Positions 27,108 to 37,379 of a DNA stretch of 64,000 nt are shown here, piece after piece (position 1 is the stretch's first letter; the number at the start of each line of letters is the position of its first letter). This stretch comes from an uncultured virus (IMG/VR IMGVR_UViG_3300042402_002237) (Duplodnaviria; Heunggongvirae; Uroviricota; Caudoviricetes). Both the position numbers and the translations under genes were made by a program. The stretch lies in the IMG/VR virus record IMGVR_UViG_3300042402_002237; one strand, given 5' to 3'. Below the pieces are notes generated by a model, which had not been told where the DNA came from, did not search any database, and worked only from the letters and a program-made list of their open reading frames with translations.

Positions 27108-29239
27108 GGACGCTCGTCGCCGTATTCTGCCGTAATCAGCAGGCGGCCCATCTCAAAGTTACCGTCGAGCACGTTGGACTCAAACTTAAGCCTAACCTCG
27201 CGGTGCTCTACGCGCAGGTCAATCTTACCGGTGTCTGGGTCAAAGTAAAATGGTCCAGAGGTCTCTGTATCTCCACGGGCAAACTTGCGGCCCAGAATAG
27301 TCATCGCCATCGTGCCGGACTGTACAAAGTCTGGCTCGACACGTCTTAGGTGCATGCGTCGATTAACGCCGGTTGGGCTATCTTGTGATGGTATCCCACC
27401 AACCCAGCTAATGTCGCAGGTCGTGATGCTAGAGGTTATGGCAAACTCTTGGTTAAACGTGATGGCGTTTGTGCCAAACTCATGCTGCCACAGTGGGTAG
27501 CCACCCTCAATATAATAGATGTAATCGCCGGCTACTTGTATTGGATCAAATGGCTCTTCTACCGTGATTAACGTCACACCCGCTGGGTTTGTGGCAATAA
27601 TCGCAGAGGTAAACATAAACACGCTGGTAATAATTTTATAGACAACTGGGTTGCCTGTGTTTACCAACGAAATATAATCGCCGGCACCAAAGGTAGCCGT
27701 AACGTCGCCGTTAATATATACCTGGTTGTTATTGGGTGGAGCCTCGCTGGGTGGCTCGTCAATTACTTCAAACGGAATACTAAATGTATTTAGATCTTCC
27801 CAGCCGGCCCAGATTGGTGTTGGGAATACCTCGGTGGTATAGCCACACGACCTGCGTGATCCAGGCGCGCTTCCGGCGTCGTACCAGATCTTATCTTTGA
27901 CGTTGTACACAATTGCGTCGGTGCACTCGGTGGCGTCACCGCGGGGATAAAAGAACCAGATCTCATTATACCGAGGTACTTTAGTTGCCCATACCTTTTG
28001 GCGCTGTACGAAGTTGAGGTTATCAAATAGCCAGTTTACGTTCTTATCATTTGGCAGTACAGAGACCGCACCATTGTATTGGTAGAAACGGTCGACACCC
28101 ATCCAGTAAAATATACCATCCATCTCAACAAAGCACGAGGATGATATTGTAGAGATCTGGCTAGAAATAATATCATAGCGCCAGTATAGCGGGGTAGTTC
28201 CAGTAAACGAGACACGGATCAAGCTATCGGTTGCCCAGAATAATCCAGACGGTGAGTTAGTACCACCACGCACCGGTATACCCTTAACAATCTTAGACGA
28301 GGCCATGTTGACCTGGTTAGCCGTTGGCCCGTTCCAGTCAGTAATTGTCTGTGTGTTGTAGTTTGCTAAAGTTGTGTTTGTGTCTACGTGGTTGTTGGCA
28401 ATAAATCCATCTGAACCGTACACAAATGTGAAGGGGTACAGCACACACACGCCACCATCTACCGTGATTGGGCGATAGGTTGGGTTTTGTCCGCCAGTGT
28501 CTGCCAGCCCATAAAAGTTCCACTCGTTTAGCGCATCTGGCAATAACCCACCAGTTAATACTTGGGTTTGTATGGCATTGTCAATGTTTACTAAATTACG
28601 CCCTGGGTGAGCTAATACTTGTAGTGATCCACCGGCGGGGGAGTACTGTAAGTCAAACTGCCACAACAAAGTTGGATCTGGTGTAAACGTTACGTCATAC
28701 AACGCCACGGTTGTTGGTGTTCCCGTAATGCTTGACGTTGTTACAATCACCGTCGTGTTTGGCGCGGTATATGACGAGCTAATAACCGTAGTTGCCGTGG
28801 TGGGGTCATCGTCAAATATAACCTCCATACCAGCAGGAAATGCTGCGGTCACATCGGTCGCCACAACAAACTGGCTAGTAGTGTTTGACACCAAGGTAAA
28901 CGGCGAGTATCCAGGTAAAATATTTACAGTAAGCGGACCACTGCCAACGCCGAACGTAGTGCCTGTTGTAAATACTTCTAAACCATATTGGTTGCCAACG
29001 AATACGTAGTTAACGCCGTTAAACGAGTTGGAGATCATACCGCGGGGGATGCCGGTAAACGTGGCAAACAGCTCACGGTATCCACCCATTTTTCTAGGTG
29101 TACCACGTTGAAAACGGCACCATTCTCCGTCACTAAACTCGCGTGACTCGAATACTGTGCCGTCTCGTTTTATGCCAGGCTGAACGCCAAGCGTGTAGAC
29201 CAGATTATACTGATCTGGTAGTTTGTTTTCTCCGGCCAT
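27104..29239 (-). CDS. tail nozzle / DNA-stabilisation protein-like
   Basis: 711 aa, beta-rich; W.RFQRG.PRKMGG, FYWMG, NEIWFFYP motifs; position. Confidence 0.6.
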   Translation of the reverse strand: MAGENKLPDQYNLVYTLGVQPGIKRDGTVFESREFSDGEWCRFQRGTPRKMGGYRELFATFTGIPRGMISNSFNGVNYVFVGNQYGLEVFTTGTTFGVGSGPLTVNILPGYSPFTLVSNTTSQFVVATDVTAAFPAGMEVIFDDDPTTATTVISSSYTAPNTTVIVTTSSITGTPTTVALYDVTFTPDPTLLWQFDLQYSPAGGSLQVLAHPGRNLVNIDNAIQTQVLTGGLLPDALNEWNFYGLADTGGQNPTYRPITVDGGVCVLYPFTFVYGSDGFIANNHVDTNTTLANYNTQTITDWNGPTANQVNMASSKIVKGIPVRGGTNSPSGLFWATDSLIRVSFTGTTPLYWRYDIISSQISTISSSCFVEMDGIFYWMGVDRFYQYNGAVSVLPNDKNVNWLFDNLNFVQRQKVWATKVPRYNEIWFFYPRGDATECTDAIVYNVKDKIWYDAGSAPGSRRSCGYTTEVFPTPIWAGWEDLNTFSIPFEVIDEPPSEAPPNNNQVYINGDVTATFGAGDYISLVNTGNPVVYKIITSVFMFTSAIIATNPAGVTLITVEEPFDPIQVAGDYIYYIEGGYPLWQHEFGTNAITFNQEFAITSSITTCDISWVGGIPSQDSPTGVNRRMHLRRVEPDFVQSGTMAMTILGRKFARGDTETSGPFYFDPDTGKIDLRVEHREVRLKFESNVLDGNFEMGRLLITAEYGDERP

Positions 29240-30501
29240 TAGAACGTCCCGCCACCGATTAACCCTGCGTTAAATGTTGCCGGTGTTGACACCTGTGGAC
29301 TTAGCGTGTTAGTGTTATCAATGTCTAACATGAGCACTGAGTTTGCTGAAAAACCTAAATTGTTTGTACCAACTAAATACATACCCGTGTTGGTATCATT
29401 TGTAAACGAAAATGATGGAGCGGCGGCAGAGCCGTTGTCTGCGTAGTAAACGCCTACAGTTGTCTGGCTGATTACGTATAGCTGGTTACCATCACTCAAA
29501 GCTAAAATAACACCGCCGTTAGCTAATGGAATTGGTGTCTGCAAACTACCAGATATTTGGAATGTTACATTGTATCCAGTTTGTCCTGTATTGTTTACTA
29601 ACACATACAATTGAGTTGTTGCTGGCAGTGTTACATCTAAGTCAACCGAACGAGTACCAGCTAAAGCAACATAGGTTTGAATAATTGGTGCGTATGATAC
29701 TAAGCTAAAAGTATTACCAACAATAGAGTCTACGTCGTATGTCGCCGACGTAAAGGTTACGTTTGATGGTACAGACAATCCAACAGTGAAGAAGTTACCA
29801 GTAGATTGCTGGAATAAAATAAAGCCAGACTCTGCTGGGTTAACGGTAATAGTCGCCAGGCTGTCAATTGTTGAGGTGCCTTGTGGTGTAATTGTAATCG
29901 CACCCGTGCCATTATTTCTAAAGGCAATATACCAACCGCCAGATAAGCTGGCAGCGGTTGGTAGCGTAAACGTGCCGTTACCACCGGACCACACAAACGT
30001 AGACGCACGGCTTGCGTCTGTAATTGATGGGGTCGATGAAACAGACACAATGTTTTGTGTGGTGTTTAGTTTGCCGGCAAGCGCAACCAAACCAGCGCCG
30101 GCTAATGATGCGGCGTCTGCCGACGATGTCCCTGCACCAAACGTAACGTTTTGCCAAACACCTGCGGAGGTTGTGTTATCAGATAGGTAGAAATATTTAG
30201 ATACACCAGCGGGAATTGAGACTGATCCAGTGCCAGTAAAATCTTCAACGGTAAATGTGTTTGCGCCAAAGTTACGGATTAAAATGTCCGAGCCGGTGGT
30301 GCCTTGGTTGCCCTCTGGTAACGAGATAACCAATCCAGATGTGGACGGTGTGGCGTCGATAATACGCGCGGCTGGTACTTGCTGTGGGTTTACAACCGCC
30401 GGCCAATATAGCTGTACGTTCGCACTAAAGTTAAGCTCGTAGTACGATACGTCGGTTGGTTGTACGACTGTGCCGGTAAACGGTGATGTGTAGATTGGCA
30501 T
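29239..30501 (-). CDS. tail/virion structural protein
   Basis: Beta-rich; GSAAAPSFSFTNDTNTG motif. Confidence 0.6.
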   Translation of the reverse strand: MPIYTSPFTGTVVQPTDVSYYELNFSANVQLYWPAVVNPQQVPAARIIDATPSTSGLVISLPEGNQGTTGSDILIRNFGANTFTVEDFTGTGSVSIPAGVSKYFYLSDNTTSAGVWQNVTFGAGTSSADAASLAGAGLVALAGKLNTTQNIVSVSSTPSITDASRASTFVWSGGNGTFTLPTAASLSGGWYIAFRNNGTGAITITPQGTSTIDSLATITVNPAESGFILFQQSTGNFFTVGLSVPSNVTFTSATYDVDSIVGNTFSLVSYAPIIQTYVALAGTRSVDLDVTLPATTQLYVLVNNTGQTGYNVTFQISGSLQTPIPLANGGVILALSDGNQLYVISQTTVGVYYADNGSAAAPSFSFTNDTNTGMYLVGTNNLGFSANSVLMLDIDNTNTLSPQVSTPATFNAGLIGGGTF

Positions 30502-30504
30502 ATA

Positions 30505-31125
30505 TTATGGTTCCTGGACCGTAGTATTTCGATCAATACGACGCGAGTTGTCTTCCTTCTTCAACGCCGCTAGAGACTCAGTGTAGTATGCTTTCCATAC
30601 GGGCAGCTTATCGAGTGCTTTTAAATAACCCTGCGCTTGTAGTAAGGTTCCAAACAACATCGCCTGTGGGCACTCACGAGTAAACAAATTGGTCTGGTTA
30701 GAGGTATCTAACGGCTGGATCAAACTGTAGTAAATAATTTCTACAGGATAATCATCGTCTGGTTTTGGTGCAAAGTTCCAGTTGTTGTAGTCATACTCGC
30801 CGTAATACTTAGGCAATCCATTAGCGGATTCTGATTGGTACTGTGCAATATAATCTTGTGAACGAAGCAAGACGGGCGCGCCGTTGACCTTCATAGACAC
30901 AGTCTTACGCCAACGTGCTGGCTTAGCCAGTACGTCCTGGTTAGTTGCCAGTGTTGTCTCTACTACGGTTAATTGTAGTAGCGACTTTAACTCGGCAGCA
31001 ATCGCTGCCTCGGCCAAACCAATTAGGCTAGGTATCTGCGCAACAAACCCGGCGTCGTCACGTTCCATGTAACGCTGGACGTCATCCACCAGATTGTTGT
31101 AGGTCATTACGTATGCGCCGCTCAT
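30505..31125 (-). CDS. head-tail adaptor-like protein
   Basis: TY..L...V..Y.ER, FAPKPD.DY, LL.G.L..A..YLK pattern. Confidence 0.6.
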   Translation of the reverse strand: MSGAYVMTYNNLVDDVQRYMERDDAGFVAQIPSLIGLAEAAIAAELKSLLQLTVVETTLATNQDVLAKPARWRKTVSMKVNGAPVLLRSQDYIAQYQSESANGLPKYYGEYDYNNWNFAPKPDDDYPVEIIYYSLIQPLDTSNQTNLFTRECPQAMLFGTLLQAQGYLKALDKLPVWKAYYTESLAALKKEDNSRRIDRNTTVQEP

Positions 31126-32189
31126 CGTGTATAGTAACTGTAGTTAGGTTGGAAGTAAATTGGCGACTTGTCGCGCTCTTCTTGTGCCGCGTCGTACTCT
31201 AGTTTAGTAGCCTGCGCCTCTAAGTACTGCACACGGGCTAGATCAACTTGTGGCAACTGCATTGCCAATTTATGTGACAGTGACGCCTGGACGGAACCAA
31301 TCCAGCGATTGGGTACATATAACTCGTTAGTCAACGATCCAACGTCTTGCATTTCTTTTTCAATAATTAATTGGAACATCTGGAAGTCGTTGTTTGGCAC
31401 GGGCCATAGATACATCGATGGCACGATGGTACGATCAAACCAAAACTGTAAAGAACGTACCGATGGGAACTGTTTGTTGGGGAGGTTCCAGTAGTCGTCA
31501 CGGTTTAATCGTGCTAGTGGAATAACTTGCTGGCTCGTGGAGAACACAATCTCACGTACGGTGAATGTAGTTGCCACCGTCTCACGCAGGCGGTAGAAGT
31601 AATGGTTTGGCGTGGTGCTAATATTAAAATAGGCCCATTCGCGATCTTTTAGTGTGGTCTCTGGTAACTGTTCGACAGTTGTCCAGGTCACACCGTCATC
31701 ACTAACCTCGTACGCAAAATTGTAAGTTGTAGTACCACCACCAGACGCGTAGCCATTAAAGCCAACATAAAAGACTGGGAGTGCGTCTTGGTATTCAATA
31801 CCAAAAAAATTTGCACCAATGGTTGAGGTTGCTGTGACATCTAAGTTTTGGTCAAATGCTGCGGGTGAGTCTGGGTTTGCGGTGGGTAAATACTCAGCAG
31901 CCTGTGAGTTAATAATATATACCCAGTTTGATTCGCGCACGTCAATTGTGCCAGGGGGTAGTATTAACTGCTGTTGTGCCGTAACGGCTCCGCATAGATA
32001 GTTTTCTAACAACCACAAGTTAACGCCGCGGTTAGACATGTTCTGTAATATGTAGAACAGTGCCTGCTTACCGGCGTCGATATACTCGGGCGTGATCTCT
32101 TCTGCCGTCTTACCAGCATCACGATATGCGTACGAGATCAACTGATCTACGTTGATCTTGGTCTGGTTAGTTGTACCAGAGTAGGCCAT
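31122..32189 (-). CDS. head-tail connector / tail tubular protein A-like
   Basis: N..NRGVNLW, Y..LPNK, YLWPVP motifs. Confidence 0.55.
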   Translation of the reverse strand: MAYSGTTNQTKINVDQLISYAYRDAGKTAEEITPEYIDAGKQALFYILQNMSNRGVNLWLLENYLCGAVTAQQQLILPPGTIDVRESNWVYIINSQAAEYLPTANPDSPAAFDQNLDVTATSTIGANFFGIEYQDALPVFYVGFNGYASGGGTTTYNFAYEVSDDGVTWTTVEQLPETTLKDREWAYFNISTTPNHYFYRLRETVATTFTVREIVFSTSQQVIPLARLNRDDYWNLPNKQFPSVRSLQFWFDRTIVPSMYLWPVPNNDFQMFQLIIEKEMQDVGSLTNELYVPNRWIGSVQASLSHKLAMQLPQVDLARVQYLEAQATKLEYDAAQEERDKSPIYFQPNYSYYTR

Positions 32190-32192
32190 AAA

Positions 32193-32360
32193 TTAACGTC
32201 CTCTGCCGGATGCGCGTTTAGTTACTTTTTGTGGGAGGTTTGGCTTTGCCTTGCCGGCCTTAATAAACTCTTTGCCAACCTTCTTAGGGATACCAATAGT
32301 TGACTTACCAGCCGCGGCGGCGTACATCGCCTTCTGTTGTTGCTTGGACTCTATTGGCAT
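32193..32360 (-). CDS. small basic protein ([16 protein letters not shown]...[10 protein letters not shown])
   Basis: Read by hand, 55 aa; common phage family. Confidence 0.65.
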   Translation of the reverse strand: MPIESKQQQKAMYAAAAGKSTIGIPKKVGKEFIKAGKAKPNLPQKVTKRASGRGR

Positions 32361-32998
32361 GCCTTGCCACCTTCTTTTTTACCAGTTAGCTTACGGTACT
32401 TTGCCTCGTAGCTAGATGGGTCTTTTTCTGCAATCGCCTTCTCTTGCTCGGCGGCTGCTTTGTTTTGCTCTGGTGTGCCCATTACATTCTCGTACAGTTT
32501 TTTACCGACGGACTTGATATTGTCTACAATACCGCCGTCAGCATACTTTTTTGTTTTACCGCCCTTCTTCATCATTGGGGGAGGTGTCATGCCCATATCT
32601 GGACTCATTGCTGGCGCTGGCTCGGCGATGTTTGACATGGCTGGCTTGATCGCGGCCTTAGATGGCGCCGCGGCTTTTTTGGTTTTGGTTAGCTTGATCT
32701 TTTGGATGTCTTTAATATCTGCGGCGTCCTTCTTCATCTTAATCGAGCCGCCTTCTTTGTAGCGACCAACGCAACCGCCTTCTTTCTTCATACGGCCACC
32801 CTTTTTGAGTTTGGAGAGGTTAGTCTTCTCGCCCTCGTGTGACTGCTTGTCGTGCATGGCAAATGCCTTCTTGACGACCTTTTTGTCTTGTGCGATGTCT
32901 TCGCTCATCTCTGATTTTTCAGAGTGGCGTGACTTATACTTAACAGCGCCGCCTTCTTTGAAGCACTGCATCTTTGGTGATGTTTTAAAGCCGTCCAT
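32351..32998 (-). CDS. Lys-rich internal protein with seven xxGG motifs
   Basis: FKEGG, LKKGG, KKEGG, YKEGG, MKKGG, YADGG, KKEGG. Confidence 0.7.
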   Translation of the reverse strand: MDGFKTSPKMQCFKEGGAVKYKSRHSEKSEMSEDIAQDKKVVKKAFAMHDKQSHEGEKTNLSKLKKGGRMKKEGGCVGRYKEGGSIKMKKDAADIKDIQKIKLTKTKKAAAPSKAAIKPAMSNIAEPAPAMSPDMGMTPPPMMKKGGKTKKYADGGIVDNIKSVGKKLYENVMGTPEQNKAAAEQEKAIAEKDPSSYEAKYRKLTGKKEGGKACQ

Positions 32999-33029
32999 GT
33001 CGGTTCCTTCGGGTTAATGGTTCTATATC

Positions 33030-33060
33030 TACTAATGCAAAATTAGGGGTGTTTACGCCC
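33030..33060 (-). promoter_or_regulatory. phage promoter GGGCG-N16-TGCATTAGTA
   Basis: Exact bipartite match. Confidence 0.75.
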
Positions 33061-33586
33061 CGGCTAAGAACAACGAGCGCTCTATTTGTCTACGCTTTTT
33101 AAGGACCGGCGGGGTGCTCCAGTTAAGGAACGCGTCGCCTGCCTTGTGGACGTTGCCGTCGTTAAGGTACCTAACTACCTCAGAGCGGACCATGTTGTCT
33201 GGGCCGATGTTATGGCACAGGCTCATCAAGGCGTCGATCTGGTGCCTCTTGGGAGTGCTGTTTAAAGCCGATTCTAGGGCCGTGGAGCACTTTTCTAGGT
33301 CACGGTGTAGGATACCTATCACCTCGGCCTCAGAAAGCTCCCTATGGAGCAAATGGGCGTCCTTTTGGCGTATTAGGTGGCCAATGCCGGTCGTCCAGTT
33401 GCCGCCGTAGTCTTGGTAGGCGCGGTAGCGCTTTCCCTCAAAGTGTTCAATTAGTTCAACGGTTGAGTCAGCAACCCACTGGAATGGGGTGCTGGCCATG
33501 GCCCATTTAGCTAGGGGGTCGTGAAAACACAGGCCCCAGACAAGCGCAATCGCGCAGGCGTACACCGCCAGGTGATGTCGTAACAT
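33053..33586 (-). CDS. GH24 phage lysozyme with N-terminal hydrophobic (SAR/signal-like) segment
   Basis: E-x8-D-x5-T triad (FEGKRYRAYQDYGGNWTTGIGH), NIG, RR..E..LF. Confidence 0.88.
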   Translation of the reverse strand: MLRHHLAVYACAIALVWGLCFHDPLAKWAMASTPFQWVADSTVELIEHFEGKRYRAYQDYGGNWTTGIGHLIRQKDAHLLHRELSEAEVIGILHRDLEKCSTALESALNSTPKRHQIDALMSLCHNIGPDNMVRSEVVRYLNDGNVHKAGDAFLNWSTPPVLKKRRQIERSLFLAGA

Positions 33587-33611
33587 AGAGTCTCCTCGTT
33601 AGTTTGCTATA

Positions 33612-33621
33612 TACTAATGCA
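33612..33621 (-). promoter_or_regulatory. phage promoter, TGCATTAGTA only
   Basis: Exact decamer upstream of the lysozyme gene. Confidence 0.6.
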
Positions 33622-33629
33622 AATTTATG

Positions 33630-34064
33630 CTAAGAAAAGGCTCTTGTGCCTGTTTTGTCAATGATAAGCGCCTGCTTACGAGGCGCGGTGTCTTTAGTGT
33701 TTGGCACGCTGATGTGCGTCCAGGAGCCAAACTCTTCGATAATTTGATCAAATGGTATTCCTCCATCGATGCAGGCCTGTACGACCTGTTTGGGGGTCAA
33801 TCCGGGGACTCTGATATCGGCGGCACAACCTATCCTATGTTGGCTAGTGTCCTTGCTACCGACAGAGTCGTTGACTGGTTTAGAGCGAAACGCTGAGTTT
33901 ACAAGGATCGGCTTGTTTAGTAGCGATCTGACCTGTTCTAGTAACTCTGCGGTGCGTACTAGGTTAGCCGTCTCGGTGGCGTTTGGGGTGTTGTCTAGCC
34001 CCTTGCGTTGTGCCACTTCGCTGGCGGTTAGTTCTTCTAGTGTAAAGTTAGGGCTTACGTTCAT
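33630..34064 (-). CDS. peptidase M15A endolysin
   Basis: SPNFTLEE, NSAFRS..VN..VGS..TSQH..G.AAD, WTHIS. Confidence 0.88.
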   Translation of the reverse strand: MNVSPNFTLEELTASEVAQRKGLDNTPNATETANLVRTAELLEQVRSLLNKPILVNSAFRSKPVNDSVGSKDTSQHRIGCAADIRVPGLTPKQVVQACIDGGIPFDQIIEEFGSWTHISVPNTKDTAPRKQALIIDKTGTRAFS

Positions 34065-34564
34065 TTTTTAAGCATTCCTTTAATCTCTTCGGTCTTGTCC
34101 TTGGATCCTTGGCTCGAGCCAAAGTAAAAGGACAGCACCTGTCCCGCCGCCGAGGTAATAAACCCAAGGGCGAATATAATGATCTGTTGTTGGTCCTGTG
34201 GCGTGTTGACGAACATGAGAATACCAATGAGCGAGAACGCCAGACCAACCACGCCAAGTGCTAGGATAGGCACGACGGCCTTGTCTAGCTTTGTGGAGTG
34301 CTCTGAGGTCGCCACGGCGGCGTATGCCTTGCGTGCCGAGTCACGGTCTTGTGCGTCTAGCTTGGCGTACTCCAGGTCCAACTCTTTTAACTTCATGGTG
34401 AGTTCTGGGTTGCCGGTGAGGGCTTTTGTTACGCCCTCGATGGTGTCGTCTGGGATGCCTAGCTTGGAGGCGATCCAGCCCACCGCCGCACCGCCAGCCG
34501 GACCAGCTACTGCGGTAGCCAGTACGGGCGCGACACCCTTGAGAATGGATAGTAGGGCATCCAT
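34061..34564 (-). CDS. putative holin
   Basis: DR.SAR motif, two TM helices, FYFGSS.GS. Confidence 0.7.
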   Translation of the reverse strand: MDALLSILKGVAPVLATAVAGPAGGAAVGWIASKLGIPDDTIEGVTKALTGNPELTMKLKELDLEYAKLDAQDRDSARKAYAAVATSEHSTKLDKAVVPILALGVVGLAFSLIGILMFVNTPQDQQQIIIFALGFITSAAGQVLSFYFGSSQGSKDKTEEIKGMLKK

Positions 34565-34570
34565 TACTTC

Positions 34571-35014
34571 TTACCCTTTATGGCCCCATACAAGGTACCA
34601 GGCAATGAGCGCAGCCACGAGGAAACAGTAGAGCTGTACTCTTTTAATTTTGTGTAGGTCTTGGTTAAACAGCTTTTCATTTTCTTTTTTCTCCTTTAAG
34701 AGACGCGCCTTGATGATCTGTATATCATCCCAGGCCTTGGGGCCGTAGTTTCGTGTTACCTCGGCCTTCATCTTTTGCTCGAGGCGCTTTACTTCCTCGA
34801 TGATCTTGAACTCGTCAAACGCCTTTAGTATGGTCTGGTCGACGTGGACTTTCTGTGCCCTGATGCGCTCTTGGGCGCGTTGCTGGGCTAGGTCGGTTGC
34901 TTCTTTTTGTACGTTGGCGATGCTAGTCGACAACTCCTTACTCACGCCACGGGCGGAGTCAAGGGTGCCGCTAAGAGATTTTGCTCCTTCTAAAAAGCCA
35001 AATTGGTCTGACAT
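34571..35014 (-). CDS. coiled-coil protein with C-terminal TM helix
   Basis: ORF in the lysis region. Confidence 0.6.
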   Translation of the reverse strand: MSDQFGFLEGAKSLSGTLDSARGVSKELSTSIANVQKEATDLAQQRAQERIRAQKVHVDQTILKAFDEFKIIEEVKRLEQKMKAEVTRNYGPKAWDDIQIIKARLLKEKKENEKLFNQDLHKIKRVQLYCFLVAALIAWYLVWGHKG

Positions 35015-35020
35015 TATCCA

Positions 35021-35191
35021 TTATTGTAGTTTTATGAGTAGGGCGATCATGGTCGCCACAATGAATCCCACCGATCCGACTAGGATCTGCTCGATGCGTT
35101 TTAGTCTGGCGTTGATGCCGGCGTAGCGCTCGGCACAGACCGCCTCGTGCGCGGACAGCGCGGCTTCGTTTTTGTCAATCAAATCAGACAT
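35021..35191 (-). CDS. small membrane protein (HEAVCAERY family)
   Basis: Read by hand, 56 aa, C-terminal TM helix. Confidence 0.65.
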   Translation of the reverse strand: MSDLIDKNEAALSAHEAVCAERYAGINARLKRIEQILVGSVGFIVATMIALLIKLQ

Positions 35192-35447
35192 TGTTTAGCC
35201 TTTGTGCCTGTTCAACCTTAAACGCTTCATAGGCAGCCTTGACTTCAGGTGTCCATGCGGCATTAGCAATGTCTTTTACTTTTTGTTCTTGGTCGCTAAT
35301 ATCCATATCAGGAGTTAATACCCAACGATGAAATGTGCGAGATACAAACTCACCATCTCGTTCAATGATGGTAGCTTGGCGAACTTGGATGTTCCAATCG
35401 TTTACGATTTCTATTTGGTCAATGTTTGTGCGTTCTGTAAGTGCCAT
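35184..35447 (-). CDS. tail-fibre-associated small protein
   Basis: IQVR....I..DG...SR.FHR...P..D family. Confidence 0.6.
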   Translation of the reverse strand: MALTERTNIDQIEIVNDWNIQVRQATIIERDGEFVSRTFHRWVLTPDMDISDQEQKVKDIANAAWTPEVKAAYEAFKVEQAQRLNNV

Positions 35448-35456
35448 TTTTATTCC

Positions 35457-35987
35457 TTATGCTGATGCGTAATAACAAATTGTAAATGCACCAATTTGTG
35501 TGATGTCTGTAATTTGATTAGCATAATCAGTTAAATTTGTTGATCCGCTATTGTTTTGTGAAAACATTCTTGCAGTTACTGAGCCAGGTACAGGGTAGCA
35601 ACCAGCACCAAAATTACTAGCTGGTAAAACTATTTGAGCATTATAAAAAGTTGTAGCACTATAAGACGCATTTTCATTGTTTACTGTAAATGGAAATCCT
35701 CCAATACTTACATCAGTAGTCCAAGAACCTTTATTAGTAAGTTGTAAATACCCACTTAAAAACACATAACGACCAATTTTTACATACCTTCCCGCTTGTA
35801 AATTATATGCTTGAGAACCAGCACTACCGCCAGAACCAAATAAAGTAGGTGTCCAAGTACCTTCCTCATAATCATCTAGCGTATTAGCATCGGATGAAGC
35901 AGACTGTGTAGCTGGAAAGGTAACACCGCTCAGGCTGGCAAAGCCAGTGCCGTTAATCATTGAACCCGGTACTTGTGTTAATGCCAT
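35457..35987 (-). CDS. tail fibre-like protein
   Basis: ANTLDDYEEGTWTP...G.YVKIG..V motif. Confidence 0.7.
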   Translation of the reverse strand: MALTQVPGSMINGTGFASLSGVTFPATQSASSDANTLDDYEEGTWTPTLFGSGGSAGSQAYNLQAGRYVKIGRYVFLSGYLQLTNKGSWTTDVSIGGFPFTVNNENASYSATTFYNAQIVLPASNFGAGCYPVPGSVTARMFSQNNSGSTNLTDYANQITDITQIGAFTICYYASA

Positions 35988-35997
35988 ATTCTATCTC

Positions 35998-36225
35998 CTA
36001 AGGTAGCGTTGCTACGTATGTTTTTGCCTGTTCGGGCGTCATCGTGTTCCCATCCGCATCTTGAAGTTGGGCTTCGTCAGCAAGGATTTCTTTCTTGAAG
36101 TTTGCGTAGTCGGTGTTGTCAGGATTAAATGGAATAGTTGCGTTATCAGCAGTACGCAAAATTGCATCAGCCAAACTATCAAACTGTTTAGTTTCAAAAT
36201 TGTATTTTTTTAGTTGTTTATACAT
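35998..36225 (-). CDS. tail-fibre assembly/chaperone-like small protein
   Basis: IPF.PDNTDY motif. Confidence 0.6.
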   Translation of the reverse strand: MYKQLKKYNFETKQFDSLADAILRTADNATIPFNPDNTDYANFKKEILADEAQLQDADGNTMTPEQAKTYVATLP

Positions 36226-37221
36226 TTATAACTCCGCAGAAGCAGTTGAACCTGATGCAAAAGAAGCATAGTAACCACCAGTATCATTAGTTAAACCAGC
36301 CGCAAAATCAGCAGTTGAAGTTACTGTTGTTTGGGCAAAATTTCCTGTAACTGTTGGGGCAGTTCTCATAGTAGATTTATAAAACCAAGTAACCGCACCT
36401 TGTCCAGCCGCACCTGATATGCTTCCATAAAGCTGTGTAGAAGTTTTTGCAAAATAGCGTTGGCAAAACCCTAATTCAGTTCCATAGGAGCGGGTATCGA
36501 AACTCGTGGCTGTAGAGCCTACCTCTAATTGCACACCAGTAATGTAGAATGTTGCTCCGTTTGTGCCGACTACGGATGTTGCTCCTGTAGCTGACCAAAA
36601 GTTTGAACCTGCCCATGCACCAGCAGTACCACTTACAGATGAACCAACGCCCAATCCAAAAAATATACGCATACCAATACCATTAGTAGACCCAACCCAA
36701 GTGCCTGAAGTATCACCAGCAATGGTTACTGAAATAGTTGTCCAAGTGTTTGCGGAAGAAATTGTGTAAGTAAATGGATATGACCTATCGTTTCCATCGT
36801 TTCTTATTGCACCGCCAAAAGTGCCAGTTAATGAACTACGCACTTGAAACGACAAAGTAACAGTCTTAGCGTTAGCAGTACCCCAACCTAAATCTGAAGT
36901 ATTAAAGCCTTCAATAAATTGACCAATAGTTAAAATATCGCCACTACCAACAGAATAAGCTGATAGTGAAGTTACTCCTAAATAGTTGCTAAATCCTACT
37001 GGTGGTGTAACTGAACCAGCATTTTGCTGAACACTAAATTTAGACGCTTGATTCATGTTAGCAATCCATCGGTCTAAAGTGTAAGTACTATTTGATGTAA
37101 TTGTTAGACTAGCACCAGCATTACGCTGGTCAATCACCATCGCACCATTAATAATTCTGTTCTTGAACCCTTGTGATACCCCCGTAGAGGCTTGTTGGGC
37201 TAACGCAACGGCTTGTGTCAT
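36226..37221 (-). CDS. tail fibre / receptor-binding-like protein
   Basis: KNRIING.M...TGVQLEVG...EL..CQRY domain. Confidence 0.7.
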   Translation of the reverse strand: MTQAVALAQQASTGVSQGFKNRIINGAMVIDQRNAGASLTITSNSTYTLDRWIANMNQASKFSVQQNAGSVTPPVGFSNYLGVTSLSAYSVGSGDILTIGQFIEGFNTSDLGWGTANAKTVTLSFQVRSSLTGTFGGAIRNDGNDRSYPFTYTISSANTWTTISVTIAGDTSGTWVGSTNGIGMRIFFGLGVGSSVSGTAGAWAGSNFWSATGATSVVGTNGATFYITGVQLEVGSTATSFDTRSYGTELGFCQRYFAKTSTQLYGSISGAAGQGAVTWFYKSTMRTAPTVTGNFAQTTVTSTADFAAGLTNDTGGYYASFASGSTASAEL

Positions 37222-37379
37222 TTTAGTTCCTCATCTGTTGGGCGGGCTAGTGTGGGGTGTTCCCACTTGGCGATATAGTCTCCACGACCATCGCTGTCGT
37301 TTTGTAAGCAAATAGTAAACAAGAAATCTTGTGGTTTTAACTCAGGATATAAAGCCATAATCTTTTCATATAAACTCAT
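37218..37379 (-). CDS. XkdW-like small protein
   Basis: LQNDSDG.G.YI.KW.HP...RPT; start at ATG 37379. Confidence 0.6.
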   Translation of the reverse strand: MSLYEKIMALYPELKPQDFLFTICLQNDSDGRGDYIAKWEHPTLARPTDEELK

